From: Methylococcaceae bacterium
GTDB lineage: Bacteria > Pseudomonadota > Gammaproteobacteria > Methylococcales > Methylococcaceae
Direction of reading: 5' to 3'
Assembly: GCA_005792805.1 (NCBI GenBank)
Contig: SXQV01000201.1
Location: 1-28,605 of the forward strand
DNA: 28,605 nucleotides
Shown here: piece by piece, positions 27,525 to 28,605 of the stretch
Layout: each line of letters opens with the position of its first letter
Numbering within the stretch: the first letter of the stretch is position 1
Translations under genes and position numbers: made by a program
Notes under the pieces: model-generated
Database searches by the model: none
The model's input: only the letters and a program-made list of their open reading frames with translations
Told to the model about the DNA's origin: nothing

Positions 27525-27558
27525 AAACGGGCGTCTTCGGGAGATTTTCCCGTTTTTT
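27525..27558 (+). terminator. Intrinsic terminator between the LysR gene and xoxF
   Basis: CCCG (27549-27552) followed by T6 can pair with CGGGAG (27538-27543) or with AAACGGG (27525-27531). It ends ~100 nt before the xoxF ATG. Confidence 0.65.
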
Positions 27559-27613
27559 GTATGAAATCACCTGCTGAAAAAAAACTGCGGCTCGTTAAGC
27601 TGTAGGTGTGAAT

Positions 27614-27629
27614 AAGCGTTTGCAAGCGT
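27614..27629. promoter_or_regulatory. Direct repeat AAGCGT with 10-bp period upstream of xoxF
   Basis: AAGCGT at 27614-27619 and 27624-27629, 31 nt before the start codon. Confidence 0.3.
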
Positions 27630-27660
27630 ATTTTTGCCTTATATCTGAGGAGGATAAACG

Positions 27661-28605
27661 ATGAAAAACTCTTTGAAGAGTTTGTTGCTTTCTGCGGCTG
27701 TGGCGACCGCCCTGGCAGCACCGGGCGTCAGTTTCGCTAACGCCGAAATTGAGAAGCTGTCCCATGACCCAGCTAACTGGGCGACGTGGGGTGGTGATTA
27801 CTTCGGTACTCGTTTCAGCACGTTGACTCAAATCAACAAGGACAACGCCAAGAACATCCAGCCAATCTGGACGTTCTCCACCGGCGCTCTGCGTGGACAC
27901 GAGGGCGGACCTCTGGTCGTGAATGGGTTGATCTATATTCATACCGGATTCCCACACAAAATCTACGCGCTTGACCAGAACACCCACAGCGTGGTCTGGG
28001 AATACGACTATGCGCCCGACAAGGGTACCGACCCGGCTCAGGTTATCGGCGTCATGTGTTGCGACGTCGTCAATCGTGGCTTGGGCTATGGCGATGGGAA
28101 AGTATTCCTGGCGCAGGGTGATGCAACCCTGATCGCGCTCGACGCCAAAACCGGCAAGCTGGTTTGGAAAGTAAAGAATGGTGATCCCAAAGCAGGCATG
28201 ACCAATACTGCCGCACCGCTTATCGTCAAGGACAAGGTTCTTGTCGGTATTTCGGGCGGTGAATTTGGTGTGCGCGGCTTCATGGCGGCTTACAACATCA
28301 AGGACGGCTCACTGGCATGGAAGACCTACAGCATGGGTCCCGATGCCGATATGAAGATTGATCCTGAAAAGACCATGACCTGGACCGATGGCAAGATGGC
28401 TCCAGTCGGCAAGGATTCTTCTCTGAAGACCTGGCAGGGTGATCAATGGAAGATCGGTGGTGGTACCACTTGGGGTTGGACCAGTTATGACGCTGAAGCT
28501 AACCTGATCTATTACGGCTCAGGCAACCCTTCAACCTGGAACCCGGTTCAGCGTCCAGGCGACAACAAGTGGTCCATGACCATTTGGGCGCGTGATGCGG
28601 ACACC
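27661..28605 (+). CDS. xoxF: PQQ-dependent methanol dehydrogenase, XoxF (lanthanide) type; runs off the window end
   Basis: Absent from the ORF track (no stop in window). GAGGAGG RBS, then [26 protein letters not shown] (signal)...[17 protein letters not shown]...[11 protein letters not shown] (vicinal disulfide)...[11 protein letters not shown]...[11 protein letters not shown]...[25 protein letters not shown] and GNPSTWN are XoxF-like (MxaF has ELGVRG and GNPAPWN). The diagnostic lanthanide-binding Asp lies just beyond the window. Confidence 0.93.
   Translation, partial: MKNSLKSLLLSAAVATALAAPGVSFANAEIEKLSHDPANWATWGGDYFGTRFSTLTQINKDNAKNIQPIWTFSTGALRGHEGGPLVVNGLIYIHTGFPHKIYALDQNTHSVVWEYDYAPDKGTDPAQVIGVMCCDVVNRGLGYGDGKVFLAQGDATLIALDAKTGKLVWKVKNGDPKAGMTNTAAPLIVKDKVLVGISGGEFGVRGFMAAYNIKDGSLAWKTYSMGPDADMKIDPEKTMTWTDGKMAPVGKDSSLKTWQGDQWKIGGGTTWGWTSYDAEANLIYYGSGNPSTWNPVQRPGDNKWSMTIWARDADT

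Noticed and set aside
27517-27558. Classical terminator/antiterminator switch upstream of xoxF
   Set aside because: The apparent antiterminator (AAACGGG/CCCGTTT) still puts a GC stem before the U tract, so both folds are terminators and no true ON fold was found.
27605-27645. SAM-II riboswitch (TTGCAAGCG) or sigma54 promoter upstream of xoxF
   Set aside because: The flanking SAM-II elements (GCGC-GAUUU and AAAUGUAGCUAAA) are absent, and there is no GG at the -24 position relative to TTGC.
1-28605. CRISPR arrays, tRNA/rRNA genes, IS elements, prophage genes and pseudogenes
   Set aside because: No regularly spaced repeats, cloverleaf or T-arm motifs, or transposase/integrase motifs were seen. 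Intergenic gaps are all about 300 nt or less, and the genes have family-typical lengths with no evident frameshifts.

Overview
This window looks like core chromosome from a gammaproteobacterial methanotroph; the XoxF sequence is Methylococcus-like (Methylococcaceae). Left to right: a minus-strand housekeeping run (murF partial, sua5/tsaC, gloA, SPOR protein, argS); a TIR-STAND NTPase-TPR (NLR-like) gene; an Mla/Pqi-type ABC operon (MlaE, MlaF, MlaD, PqiC-like); a hypothetical membrane protein; glgX followed by an OMF-MFP-RND efflux operon; a minus-strand operon of three predicted exported proteins (acetamidase/formamidase-family amidase, quinoprotein-relay metallo-beta-lactamase-fold hydrolase, fused SoxYZ-like carrier); a divergent multidomain AA10 lytic polysaccharide monooxygenase (LPMO); a LysR regulator; and the 5' part of xoxF (lanthanide-type methanol dehydrogenase). 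I saw no tRNA, rRNA, CRISPR array, integrase or transposase. The most interesting part is 22.6-27.7 kb. There, a copper histidine-brace LPMO and an exported amidase sit divergently between the quinoprotein-relay genes and xoxF. Between them is a ~105-nt four-hairpin element ending in an intrinsic terminator with a plausible competing antiterminator, a candidate riboswitch, attenuator or sRNA that I cannot match to a known class. Also notable are an NLR-like protein whose TIR catalytic Glu appears replaced by His, and a murF that has no murE upstream and carries Burkholderiales-like motifs. All family assignments come from motif recognition by eye, and all RNA structures from hand pairing; nothing was computed or searched.
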